Part shown: piece by piece, positions 46,027 through 54,331 of the stretch
How the letters are laid out: every line of letters starts with the position of its first letter
Numbering within the stretch: the first letter of the stretch is position 1
Notes under the pieces: generated by a model
The model's input: the letters and a program-made list of their open reading frames with translations, nothing else
The model's database searches: none
Told to the model about the DNA's origin: nothing
Source: Pacificimonas sp.
Lineage (GTDB): Bacteria; Pseudomonadota; Alphaproteobacteria; Sphingomonadales; Sphingomonadaceae
NCBI GenBank assembly: GCA_036351775.1
Contig: JAZBPX010000064.1
Coordinates: 247,241 to 311,240, forward strand
Reading direction: 5' to 3'
DNA length: 64,000 bases
Position numbers and translations under genes: made by a program

Positions 46027-47118
46027 ATGGCCGAGCGCGTTTACGGAACCCGGACCCTTATCGACCGCGGCGACATTACCGCCATGCGCACCGACGATGC
46101 CGGCGATCCGCCCGCTCCGGAAAAGGGCCAGGCCCTCTTCCGCATCCAGCGTGTTGCCATCACCGCCAACAATGTGACCTATGCCGCCTTCGGAGAGCAG
46201 ATGGGCTATTGGCGGTTCTTTCCCGCCCCGGACGGTTCCGGGATCCTGCCGGTCTGGGGCTATGCTGAATGTACCGCGTCAAAGGCGAAGGGCCTGTCGA
46301 AGGGCGACCGCTTCTACGGCTACTGGCCGCTCGCCGAATATCTGCTGTGCGAGACGGACCGCGTCGATTCGACCGGCTTCGTCGATCCGTCCGAGCACCG
46401 GCAGGGCCTCGCCGATGTTTACAACCGCTACGAACGCCGCCCGAAGGATGGCGAGCGGATGGACGAGGTCATCGAATCGCTGCTGCGCCCGCTTTGGGTC
46501 ACCGGCTGGCTGATCGGCCGCTCCCTGACCAGCGCCAGCGATTTCGGCGCGGAGCAGATCGTCATGTCGTCGGCATCCTCGAAGACCGGTTATTCCTGCG
46601 CGTGGGAACTGGCGCGCCGCGAGCCGGACGAGGCGGTCGAGACGATCGGCCTGACCTCGCCCGGGAATCTTGCCTACACGCAATCGCTCGGCCTCTACGA
46701 CCGCGTCGTCGCCTATAATGACCTCGAAAGTCTCTCCGCCGACAGGCCCACGGTTTATGTCGATTTCGCGGGCAGCACGGACCTCCGCGCCCGCGTTCAC
46801 ACGCATTTCGGCAGCCGCCTCGGTCGCTCCATCGCCGTCGGCGCAACGCAGTGGGAAGAGATGGACCAGAGCAGGACCGTGCCGCCGCCGGAAGCAAAGA
46901 TGTTCTTCGCGCCCGACGTCATCAAGGACCAGATGCAGACCCATGGCCGGGACGCCTTTGCCCGCGTGAACGCCGCTGCATGGGCCGACTTTGCCGAATG
47001 GGTGCGCCCGCATATCGACCTGCGCACGCTAGGTTCGCTGACGGAAGCAGCGGACGCCTATCGCGGCCTTGCCACCGGCACGCTCGGCGGCGCGGCGGGC
47101 ATCATCGCGGAATATTGA
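46027..47118 (+). CDS. DUF2855-family (MDR-like) protein
   Basis: FRIQRVAITANNVTYAAFGEQMGYWRFFP...GDRFYGYWPLAEYL matches my recollection of the DUF2855 family. RBS GGGAGAG upstream. Confidence 0.65.
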   Translation: MAERVYGTRTLIDRGDITAMRTDDAGDPPAPEKGQALFRIQRVAITANNVTYAAFGEQMGYWRFFPAPDGSGILPVWGYAECTASKAKGLSKGDRFYGYWPLAEYLLCETDRVDSTGFVDPSEHRQGLADVYNRYERRPKDGERMDEVIESLLRPLWVTGWLIGRSLTSASDFGAEQIVMSSASSKTGYSCAWELARREPDEAVETIGLTSPGNLAYTQSLGLYDRVVAYNDLESLSADRPTVYVDFAGSTDLRARVHTHFGSRLGRSIAVGATQWEEMDQSRTVPPPEAKMFFAPDVIKDQMQTHGRDAFARVNAAAWADFAEWVRPHIDLRTLGSLTEAADAYRGLATGTLGGAAGIIAEY

Positions 47119-47162
47119 GGGGGCCAGCGACGCTACCGCTACCGCCACCACCGCCCTTCCTA

Positions 47163-47251
47163 GTCATCCCAGCGCAGGCTGGGATCCATGCTGGGATGGT
47201 CCCGCCGGGTTCCACCTCTACAGCGTGGATCCCAGCCTGCGCTGGGATGAC
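47163..47251. repeat. MITE/REP-like palindromic element, family 2 (GTCATCCCAGCGCAGGCTGGGATCC)
   Basis: The left arm 47163-47187 is the exact reverse complement of the right arm 47227-47251. Each arm holds a CCCAGC/GCTGGG mini-hairpin. The element lies between two convergent genes. Confidence 0.85.
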
Positions 47252-47305
47252 TAATTCCTGGGATGGCTTAACCAGTCAGTCTCCAGACACCGAACCGGCC
47301 GCGCC

Positions 47306-47956
47306 CTAGCTCGTCGGGGGTTCCGTCAGACCGCGCTCTTCCATTCGCTGGCGATAGGACCGCTGATAATCCTCGATCTGCGCGAAATGCTCCTGGAAGA
47401 TCTGCTCCATTTCCACGAGCGCGGGCAGCGCATAGCCCTCCAGCCCCTCCACCGACAGATCGAGCGCCGCGTTCAGGTGCCGACGGGCGGCCGGGCAGAA
47501 GATCGCCAGCGTCGTGGGCTGCGCGAAGTGATTGTAGAGCGAGGTCATGTGGCTGTCGCGAATGCGCGAACCGGCAGCGCCATGTTCGCGCAGAAACTTC
47601 TGCTCGATCGCGCGGTTCGCCTCACGCAGCGGCTGCGCGAACGTCTTGATGAACTCGTTATATTGCGACGCCAGGTCATAGCCCGGCATGTTGCGGCAGC
47701 TGAGCGCCGCGACATTCAGCGCGGCCCGGAAATGAAACAGCTGTTCGAGCGGTCCGATCTCCGAATTCGGCGTCTGGTAGCTGCCGTCCGCCAGTTTTGG
47801 CGGCAGGTCCATGTTGAAATAATGCGGGTCGGGCGGCTCCAGCGCCTGCACCACCGGAGGCGGCGGCGGCGGGGGCGGCGGCGGTGCTGGCGGCTCCGGG
47901 GCGGCACAGGCGGCCAGCATTGTCAGGGACAAAATGGTCGGCAGACCCCAGCGCAT
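47306..47956 (-). CDS. lipoprotein with a Pro10 tract
   Basis: Lipobox LTMLAAC followed by APEPPAPPPPPPPPPPVV. The C-terminal ~170 aa are helical and of unknown function. Confidence 0.6.
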   Translation of the reverse strand: MRWGLPTILSLTMLAACAAPEPPAPPPPPPPPPPVVQALEPPDPHYFNMDLPPKLADGSYQTPNSEIGPLEQLFHFRAALNVAALSCRNMPGYDLASQYNEFIKTFAQPLREANRAIEQKFLREHGAAGSRIRDSHMTSLYNHFAQPTTLAIFCPAARRHLNAALDLSVEGLEGYALPALVEMEQIFQEHFAQIEDYQRSYRQRMEERGLTEPPTS

Positions 47957-48140
47957 CGACTTCTCCTCTTACGCGCGCCCATATCACTCCAGCGCGGCAT
48001 CAGTCCGGCCCCCCGGATATTTCCGGAGCCTTTTCAGCATCGCCGTGATTACGCAAGGCTGAACCCACAGGGGCTGCGGTGCATTCACCCTGTAGTCGGA
48101 CCAATAACGGACCCGGCGCCTCCGCAAAGGGCAACACGCG

Positions 48141-49886
48141 ATGCAGTCTTATTTCCCCGGCCTGTCCCGCCTGAAGGGCTATGGCGGTAAGGATGCAGCC
48201 GCCGACCTCGTTGCCGGGCTGATCCTTGCCGTGCTGCTCGTCCCGCAGGCGATGGCCTACGCCCGGCTCGCCGGACTGCCGCCAGAGGCGGGACTGTATA
48301 CCGCGATGGCCCCGGCGCTGATCTATGCCTTTCTCGGCACCAGCAGCTACGTGTCCATCGGGCCGGTCGCGCTGGCCTCGATCCTCGCGGGGGAGGCGGC
48401 GGCGAACTCCGGCCTGCCGCTTCTGGAAGGCGCGGCGATCATTGCCGTCCAGACCGGTATCCTCCTCGCGCTGCTCGGCATTTTCCGCATGGGCCGCCTC
48501 GTCAATTTCGTGTCGGAGCCTGCGCTTCTCGGCTTCCTCGCCGCCATCGCGGTCCTGATCGGGCTCAGCCAGCTGGGCGCGCTTCTCGGCGTCGATGCGG
48601 AGCGCGGCGGCACGCTGATGGCGATGCTCGACGGCCTTCTGCCGGTCATCGGCAACATCAGCGTGACGACGGTCCTGATCGGGCTCGGCGCGCTGGCGCT
48701 GCTGCTGCTCGCGGACCGCTTCGCGCCGCCGATCCTGTGGAAGCTTGGTGTGCATCCCCCCTGGCGCACGGCCATCGCGAAGTCCCTGCCGCTGCTGATC
48801 CTGGTTCTCGCCGCCATCGCCGCGCTTGCCCTGCCCGGCGTGACGACGATCGACCAGCCGCCGTCGGGCCTGCCGCCCCTCACCTTTCCGGCCTTCGACA
48901 GCGCGGTCTGGCTGGCCCTCCTGCCCGACAGTGCGATCATTGCCGTCATCATCTTCGTCACCGGTACGGCGGTCGCGAAGTCGCTCGCCGGCCGCAACCG
49001 GCAGGCGCTCGACAGCAGCCAGGAATCGATCGCGCTCGGCGCGGCCAGCGTCGCGGCGGGCATGACCGGCGGCTATGTCCCGGGTGTCAGCCTGTCCCGC
49101 TCCGCGCTCGTTTATGACAGCGGCGCGCGCACGCCGTTCGCAAGCGCCGTCGCCGCGGCCATCGTGCTGCTGGTGCTGCTGCTCCTGTCAAAGCCGCTCA
49201 GCTACCTGCCGGAGGCGGCGCTGGCGGCGCTCGTCATGGCGGCGGTTTCCGGCCTCGTGCGCTGGGGCGAGATCGTCACCGTCGCGCGCCATTCGAAGCG
49301 GGAGGCGGTGGTCATTGCCATCGCGTTCTTCGCCACCCTCGCGCTCGGCATCCAGTGGGGCCTGATCCTTGGGGCAGCCAGCGGCATCGCGCTCTACCTC
49401 TGGTCGTCCAGCCTACCCCGGATCACGCGCCTCGGTTACGAGGAGGAGGCGGACCATTACCGCTCCGTCGACCGCGATGAGGTGGAGATCGATTCGCTGC
49501 CGGTGCTCGTCCTTCGCATCGACAGGTCGCTCTTCTTCGGCAATGTCGCGCGCGCCGAGGATGAGCTGCTCGGCCTGATCGCCCGTCACGAGGATGTGCG
49601 CTGCCTGCTGATCGACATGAAGGGCGTGAACGAGATCGACGCTAGCGGCCTTGCCATGCTCGAACGGCTCGTCGACAATGCTGAGGACAAGGACCTGCGC
49701 GTCGGCTTTGCGGTCGTGAAGAAGCCTCTTCTCGTCCCCCTGCAACGCAGCAAGCTGCTGCGCTTCTCGCCGGTCTATGAAGACGTCGAGGTCGGCGTCG
49801 AGGAGATGAAGAAGGCCTGCGGTGACGACGACGCCCGGCCGCGCCGCGACGCCCTCTTGGCCAGCGACCGCGCGGTGAACGGCTAG
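48141..49886 (+). CDS. SulP-family sulfate/anion permease with C-terminal STAS domain
   Basis: N-terminal SulP signature (DLVAGLILAVLLVPQAMAYARLAGLPPEAGLY), about 11 TM segments and a STAS-like tail (LVLRIDRSLFFGN...DASGLAMLE). Confidence 0.9.
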   Translation: MQSYFPGLSRLKGYGGKDAAADLVAGLILAVLLVPQAMAYARLAGLPPEAGLYTAMAPALIYAFLGTSSYVSIGPVALASILAGEAAANSGLPLLEGAAIIAVQTGILLALLGIFRMGRLVNFVSEPALLGFLAAIAVLIGLSQLGALLGVDAERGGTLMAMLDGLLPVIGNISVTTVLIGLGALALLLLADRFAPPILWKLGVHPPWRTAIAKSLPLLILVLAAIAALALPGVTTIDQPPSGLPPLTFPAFDSAVWLALLPDSAIIAVIIFVTGTAVAKSLAGRNRQALDSSQESIALGAASVAAGMTGGYVPGVSLSRSALVYDSGARTPFASAVAAAIVLLVLLLLSKPLSYLPEAALAALVMAAVSGLVRWGEIVTVARHSKREAVVIAIAFFATLALGIQWGLILGAASGIALYLWSSSLPRITRLGYEEEADHYRSVDRDEVEIDSLPVLVLRIDRSLFFGNVARAEDELLGLIARHEDVRCLLIDMKGVNEIDASGLAMLERLVDNAEDKDLRVGFAVVKKPLLVPLQRSKLLRFSPVYEDVEVGVEEMKKACGDDDARPRRDALLASDRAVNG

Positions 49887-50266
49887 CGGGGGATTATGTC
49901 CTGCGCCTGCCGGTCCGCAAGGCATTGCGGCACGGCCTGGCGTCCCCGCGCCGCGGCGTCATCCAGCCCTTCCGCATCGAGTGCGCCGAACACCTCCTCT
50001 GCAGAAGCCGGGACCAGCATGCACGCATAGCCTGCCGGACAGTCGGCGCGGGCTCTCGTATAGTCGCTGAACCAGGCGGCACTGCCGATGGCATCGCGTG
50101 TCTTCGCAGGAACGGGCGCCATGATCTCGTCCGTAATGCAGGCGGCAGCCAGCGTTGTCAGTCCGGCATCGGTCAGACGAAGGTTCAGCTTGTTGTAGGG
50201 ACCGGGCAGGCAGGCCGCCGCAGCAAGGCCGCCAATGACTAGCAGCATGATCCCGGATCGTTTCAT
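49883..50266 (-). CDS. small lipoprotein of unknown function
   Basis: The internal ATG 50266 gives MKRSGIMLLVIGGLAAAAC. Several Cys residues. It converges on SulP with a 4-nt overlap. Confidence 0.5.
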   Translation of the reverse strand: MKRSGIMLLVIGGLAAAACLPGPYNKLNLRLTDAGLTTLAAACITDEIMAPVPAKTRDAIGSAAWFSDYTRARADCPAGYACMLVPASAEEVFGALDAEGLDDAAARGRQAVPQCLADRQAQDIIPR

Positions 50267-50577
50267 GCCTGCCCTTCCGCCGCTTTGCGCGCCCGCCGCC
50301 ATGCCAGCGACCGGGCGTTATATGCGGGCAGGTCCAGCGTCCCCGCGGCAAAGCCCTTCGCGATGCTCACCGCTTCCGCCTGTCTGTCCGTTGGTATGGA
50401 CCGGTAGGCCGGGCGCTCCTTTACATGATCGTACCACACGCCGCCGAACACCGCGTCGAGGGCCACACGCTGGAAACAATGATCGAACCGGATCGGCCAG
50501 CCCCGTACGGCCGCAAGCCCCGGCAGGACATCGCGCGTCAGGCGCAGCCAGTCCTGCTCCAGGTCTTTACGCGTCAT
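50263..50577 (-). CDS. conserved hypothetical protein (WPIRFDHCFQRV motif)
   Basis: ATG 50577 (MTRKDLEQDW...); TTG 50589 is also possible. It is divergent from crtZ with a ~70-nt spacer. I recall this motif from a widespread uncharacterised family but cannot name the family. Confidence 0.55.
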   Translation of the reverse strand: MTRKDLEQDWLRLTRDVLPGLAAVRGWPIRFDHCFQRVALDAVFGGVWYDHVKERPAYRSIPTDRQAEAVSIAKGFAAGTLDLPAYNARSLAWRRARKAAEGQA

Positions 50578-50645
50578 CGACGCGCACAACGTGCCGCGGC
50601 GCCTTTGGGGTGCACGGCGCGGCCCGCGCTGCTATATTAAAGCTC

Positions 50646-51164
50646 ATGTCTATCTGGCTTGGTCTTCTCATCACGCTCGGCACGGTGGTCTTCATGGAGG
50701 GCTTTGCCTACGCCATGCACCGCTGGATCATGCACGGATTCCTGTGGTCACTGCACAAGTCGCACCATGAACCGCGTGAGGGGATCTGGGAACGCAATGA
50801 CTGGTTCGGCGTCGTCTTCGCCCTGCCCTCCGTCGCGCTGATCTTCGCCGGATCGCAGACCAGCGCATGGGTGGGCCTTGCGTGGATCGGTCTCGGCATT
50901 GCTATTTACGGCGCGATCTATTTCATCTTCCACGACTGGCTGGTGCATGAGCGCATCCCCAGCCGCTACGTCCCGAAATCGCGCTACATGAAGCGCATCG
51001 TGCAGGCGCATAAGCTGCACCATGTCGTGAACACGAAGGCGGGCACCGTCAGCTTCGGCTTCCTGTGGGCACCGCCGGTGAAAACGCTGAAGGCGCAGCT
51101 CGCCGCGAACCAGGAGGCGGGGGAAGCGGGCCTTCGCGTTCCGCGCGGCTCCCGCGCCGTTTGA
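50646..51164 (+). CDS. crtZ: beta-carotene 3-hydroxylase
   Basis: The internal ATG 50646 gives a 172-aa protein with His boxes HRWIMH, HKSHHEP, HDWLVHE and HKLHH. Confidence 0.92.
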   Translation: MSIWLGLLITLGTVVFMEGFAYAMHRWIMHGFLWSLHKSHHEPREGIWERNDWFGVVFALPSVALIFAGSQTSAWVGLAWIGLGIAIYGAIYFIFHDWLVHERIPSRYVPKSRYMKRIVQAHKLHHVVNTKAGTVSFGFLWAPPVKTLKAQLAANQEAGEAGLRVPRGSRAV

Positions 51165-51268
51165 GCCGCCCGTCCGACCGCCTTCCGGTACAGGGGGCGA
51201 ACCAGATCCTGCCGGCCCTGTGGGCGCGCGGTCTCGCGCCGCCGCCGATAACCACGCCCGAACAGTTG

Positions 51269-52405
51269 ATGACGGAGGCCGCGGACAAGACGGGCCTCGA
51301 TGATTTCGGCGACGAGACTTTTCGCGAGGGGCTGTCTGTCCTTTGCGAGGCGCAGCGGGCCGAGGCCGAGCTGACCCCGCTGGGCGAGGTCGTGACGCAT
51401 GGCGGGCTGGTCCGCGCCCTGTCGCAGCGCCTGACCGCGGTCGAATGGTGGAAGCGGCACCCCGAGATTCTCGACTATCCCATCGTACGGCCGATCATCG
51501 TCCTTGGCGGGATGCGGTCCGGCACGACCCGGCTCCAGCGCCTGCTCGCGACCGATCCGCGCCTGCAGGCCACCCGGTTTTTCGAGGGGAACACCCCCGC
51601 CCCGCCGCTGTCGATGCGGCCCGGCGATTTCGACCGTCGGCGCCTGACCGCGCAGGCCGCCTGCGTGGCCACGGACATTCTTTCGCCTGCCTTTCGCAAG
51701 ATCCATCCCACCAGTCCGATGGCCGCCGATGAAGAGCTGCCGATGCTGGAACTCAGCCTGTCCGGCGCGCAGATCGAGGCGCAGCGCCGCGTACCGAGCT
51801 TCCGCGCCTGGGCGGAGCGCACGTCGCAGCATCACGCCTACCGCTTCCTGAAACCGCTGCTGCAGCTTCAGGGCTGGCTGCGTCAGTCGGACCCCGCCCG
51901 CCCCTGGGTGCTGAAGACACCGCAATATATGCAGGATCTGGACGCGCTGCTTGACGTCTTCCCGGACGCGCGCATCGTGGCGATCCACCGGGAGCCGGGG
52001 GCGCAGGTCGCCTCCTCCGCGTCGCTGGTCTGGACGCTGATCGGGGCGCTTTCCGATACGGTGACGAAGGACTGGTGCGGCCAGGAGTGGCTGCACAAGA
52101 CCGCCTACCGCGAACGCACCGCGGCCGCCGTTCGCGCGGCAAACCCGCAGGTGCCGGCCATCGATGTCAGCTTCGCGGATATGAACCGGAATGCCCTTCT
52201 CGTGATGCGGCAGGTCTATGCCTTCATCGGCCTCACCTGGTCGGCGGATGTGGAAGCGCGGATGCAGGCCTGGCTCTCCGCGTCAAAGCGGCGCGGCGAA
52301 CATCGCGGCCACCGCTACTCGCTGGAGGAGTTCGGCCTCGCCGAAGCGGACATCACCCGCGCTTTTGCCAGCGCCCCGGCTGTTCCTGTACCAGCGCTGT
52401 CCTGA
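51269..52405 (+). CDS. PAPS-dependent sulfotransferase-family protein (candidate carotenoid sulfotransferase)
   Basis: 5'-PSB loop VLGGMRSGTTRLQRLL and 3'-PB-like IVAIHREPGAQVASS. Start is ATG 51269, or alternatively TTG 51161, which overlaps the crtZ stop. Confidence 0.8.
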   Translation: MTEAADKTGLDDFGDETFREGLSVLCEAQRAEAELTPLGEVVTHGGLVRALSQRLTAVEWWKRHPEILDYPIVRPIIVLGGMRSGTTRLQRLLATDPRLQATRFFEGNTPAPPLSMRPGDFDRRRLTAQAACVATDILSPAFRKIHPTSPMAADEELPMLELSLSGAQIEAQRRVPSFRAWAERTSQHHAYRFLKPLLQLQGWLRQSDPARPWVLKTPQYMQDLDALLDVFPDARIVAIHREPGAQVASSASLVWTLIGALSDTVTKDWCGQEWLHKTAYRERTAAAVRAANPQVPAIDVSFADMNRNALLVMRQVYAFIGLTWSADVEARMQAWLSASKRRGEHRGHRYSLEEFGLAEADITRAFASAPAVPVPALS

Positions 52406-53139
52406 GCGCGCCCTCCGAGCCTGCGCGTCGGCAGCCGCCACCACGGTTCGCCGGGATACAGGTGATGCTCGTGGTGGAACCCGCCGAAGTGAAAGCAGCT
52501 GAGCAGTGACAGCCAGGTCGGCTGCGCCGTCGACCGCGCGCGGTGCCGGTCCGCAAAGCCCGTCTCGCTGTGGCGGTGCGGCAGGTACGTGCCGAAGGTG
52601 AAAAGCTGGAGGAGCGCCAGCAGCGCAGGCACCGCCCAGAAAACGACGATGTTCAGAAGGTGCGCGCCCAGCAGTAGGTAAAGCGTCGCCGCCACCGTGA
52701 TCCGCGCAAGCTGGCCATGGGTATAATAGCGCGTGAAGAAGCGCAGCAGCCACGGCGCGAAATCACGCGGCCGCTCGGCGTGAAAGTCGGGATCGTCTGC
52801 TGTCCCGACATGGCTGTGGTGGCGGTAATGCGCCGGCTTCATCCGGTCATAGTCAAGGCCGGCATAGATCATCAGTGCGGCTTGTCCCACGCGCTCCTGC
52901 ACCTGCGGCAGGCGCGGTGCGAGCGAGCCGTGCATCGCGTCGTGCGCGGTGATGAACAGGCCGGTCGACAGCCAGGCCTGCGCAAGGATCAGAAGCCCCG
53001 CCGACCAGAGCGGCTCCGTGCCCAGGTCGATGAAGAAAATCCCGTAGACGTGCAGCGCGGTCCACGCCGCGAAGATGCCCACCGCGATGGCTAGGCCGAT
53101 GACCGTCTGGCGGGTCCGGGAGGACACGGCGCCGCTCAA
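52315..53139 (-). CDS. crtW: beta-carotene 4-ketolase
   Basis: His boxes HDAMHG, HYRHHSH and HHEHHL followed by PWWRLP. A TTG start at 53139 overlaps the crtB stop (TTGA); GTG 53127 is an alternative. Confidence 0.9.
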   Translation of the reverse strand: MSGAVSSRTRQTVIGLAIAVGIFAAWTALHVYGIFFIDLGTEPLWSAGLLILAQAWLSTGLFITAHDAMHGSLAPRLPQVQERVGQAALMIYAGLDYDRMKPAHYRHHSHVGTADDPDFHAERPRDFAPWLLRFFTRYYTHGQLARITVAATLYLLLGAHLLNIVVFWAVPALLALLQLFTFGTYLPHRHSETGFADRHRARSTAQPTWLSLLSCFHFGGFHHEHHLYPGEPWWRLPTRRLGGRAQDSAGTGTAGALAKARVMSASARPNSSSE

Positions 53140-54143
53140 ACCCTCTGGCGGTCCAGCACCGCCATCATCGGCTCCGGTTCCCGCCAGCTATCGGCAGGGT
53201 CATAGGTCCACAGATCGCCCCGAGCGCTCGAGGTGAACTCGGCAGGCCCCGCCGCCTTCACGTCCTTCCGCGCCGCCGCCAGCATGCGCAGCTTCTCCAG
53301 CTTCGTCGTATACTGCCGCTCGTCCCAGGCATCCGGCCCCGCCGCACGGACCTTTTCGCCGATCGCGCGGTACACCTTCTCCGCCGTCAGGACGGCCCAG
53401 GCCGCGCGCGGCGGCAGATAGGCTGCCCCCTCGCTGGCGCTGGCATAGTATCGGTCGGCAAGGGTCAGCATCTTCTCGGCAACGCGGGTCAGCGCAAATC
53501 GGTTCTCTGGCCGGGCATGATCGCCCGGCGCGATGTCTTCCCCTACCAGCCATTCGGTCGGCAGGTAGCAGCGGTCGTTCGCCGCATCCTCGACAATGTC
53601 GCGGCAGATGTTGGTCAGCTGGAAGGCGAGGCCGAGGTCCGCCGCGCGCGTCATCAGCGCCTCGTCCTCTGGCGACACGCCCATCACGACCGCCATCATG
53701 CGCCCGACAACGCCCGCGACATGCTCGCAATAATCGAGCGTATCCTCGATTCGCGTATAGCGCCGGTCATAGGCGTCCATCGCGAAGCCCTTCAGGTGCC
53801 GCATCGGCAGGTCGTGCGCCATCCCCGTTTCCGCCGCCACGAGGCCGATGGCCGCGAACGCGCCGGTTTCGCTGGCGGGATCGGCCAGTCCGCGCCGCGT
53901 CCGTTCCCGCAGCTCGGCGAGCCGCGCCAGCACCGCCTCCTCGCTTTCGACCGCCGCGCCCAGCGGCACGCCGCGGCGGCCGCCCTCCTGCCCGTCCACC
54001 ACATCGTCGCAATGGCGGCACCACGCATAAAGCAGCCGCACGCGGCGCTTCGTTTCCGCATCGAAGAGGAGCGATGCCAGGGCAAACGACTTCGAACCCT
54101 TCGCGATCGAACGGGCGGCCCATCTGTCGAGATCTGGGGTCAT
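53136..54143 (-). CDS. crtB: phytoene synthase
   Basis: SKSFALASLLF, the Asp-rich motifs YAWCRHCDDVVDG and NICRDIVEDAANDRCYLP, and YCEHVAGVVG. Start at the internal ATG 54143. Confidence 0.93.
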   Translation of the reverse strand: MTPDLDRWAARSIAKGSKSFALASLLFDAETKRRVRLLYAWCRHCDDVVDGQEGGRRGVPLGAAVESEEAVLARLAELRERTRRGLADPASETGAFAAIGLVAAETGMAHDLPMRHLKGFAMDAYDRRYTRIEDTLDYCEHVAGVVGRMMAVVMGVSPEDEALMTRAADLGLAFQLTNICRDIVEDAANDRCYLPTEWLVGEDIAPGDHARPENRFALTRVAEKMLTLADRYYASASEGAAYLPPRAAWAVLTAEKVYRAIGEKVRAAGPDAWDERQYTTKLEKLRMLAAARKDVKAAGPAEFTSSARGDLWTYDPADSWREPEPMMAVLDRQRV

Positions 54144-54204
54144 GCTGGGTGGCACTCTAGCGGGTCGGGAAGGCGGTGGGAATGCAGAGCACCCATCAAG
54201 CGCC

Positions 54205-54304
54205 GTCATTCCCGCGCACGCGGGAAACCAGTCCGCCATTCCGCCCGTTCTAGGCTCGGCTTCGCCATCGCCCGCCTCTGGATTCCCGCGTGCGCGGGAA
54301 TGAC
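54205..54304. repeat. MITE/REP-like palindromic element, family 3 (GTCATTCCCGCGCACGCGGGAAWC)
   Basis: The left arm 54205-54228 is an inverted repeat of the right arm 54280-54304 (ggattcccgcgtgcgcgggaatgac). It lies in the crtI-crtB spacer. Confidence 0.85.
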
Positions 54305-54331
54305 GGCTTGGAGCAGGCTCATACCGCTTCG

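Noticed and set aside
50984-52096. 370-aa minus-strand ORF opposite the sulfotransferase and the crtZ end
   Set aside because: It is Arg/Pro/Gly/Ala-rich with no motif. The plus strand carries the PAPS-binding signatures and crtZ His boxes.
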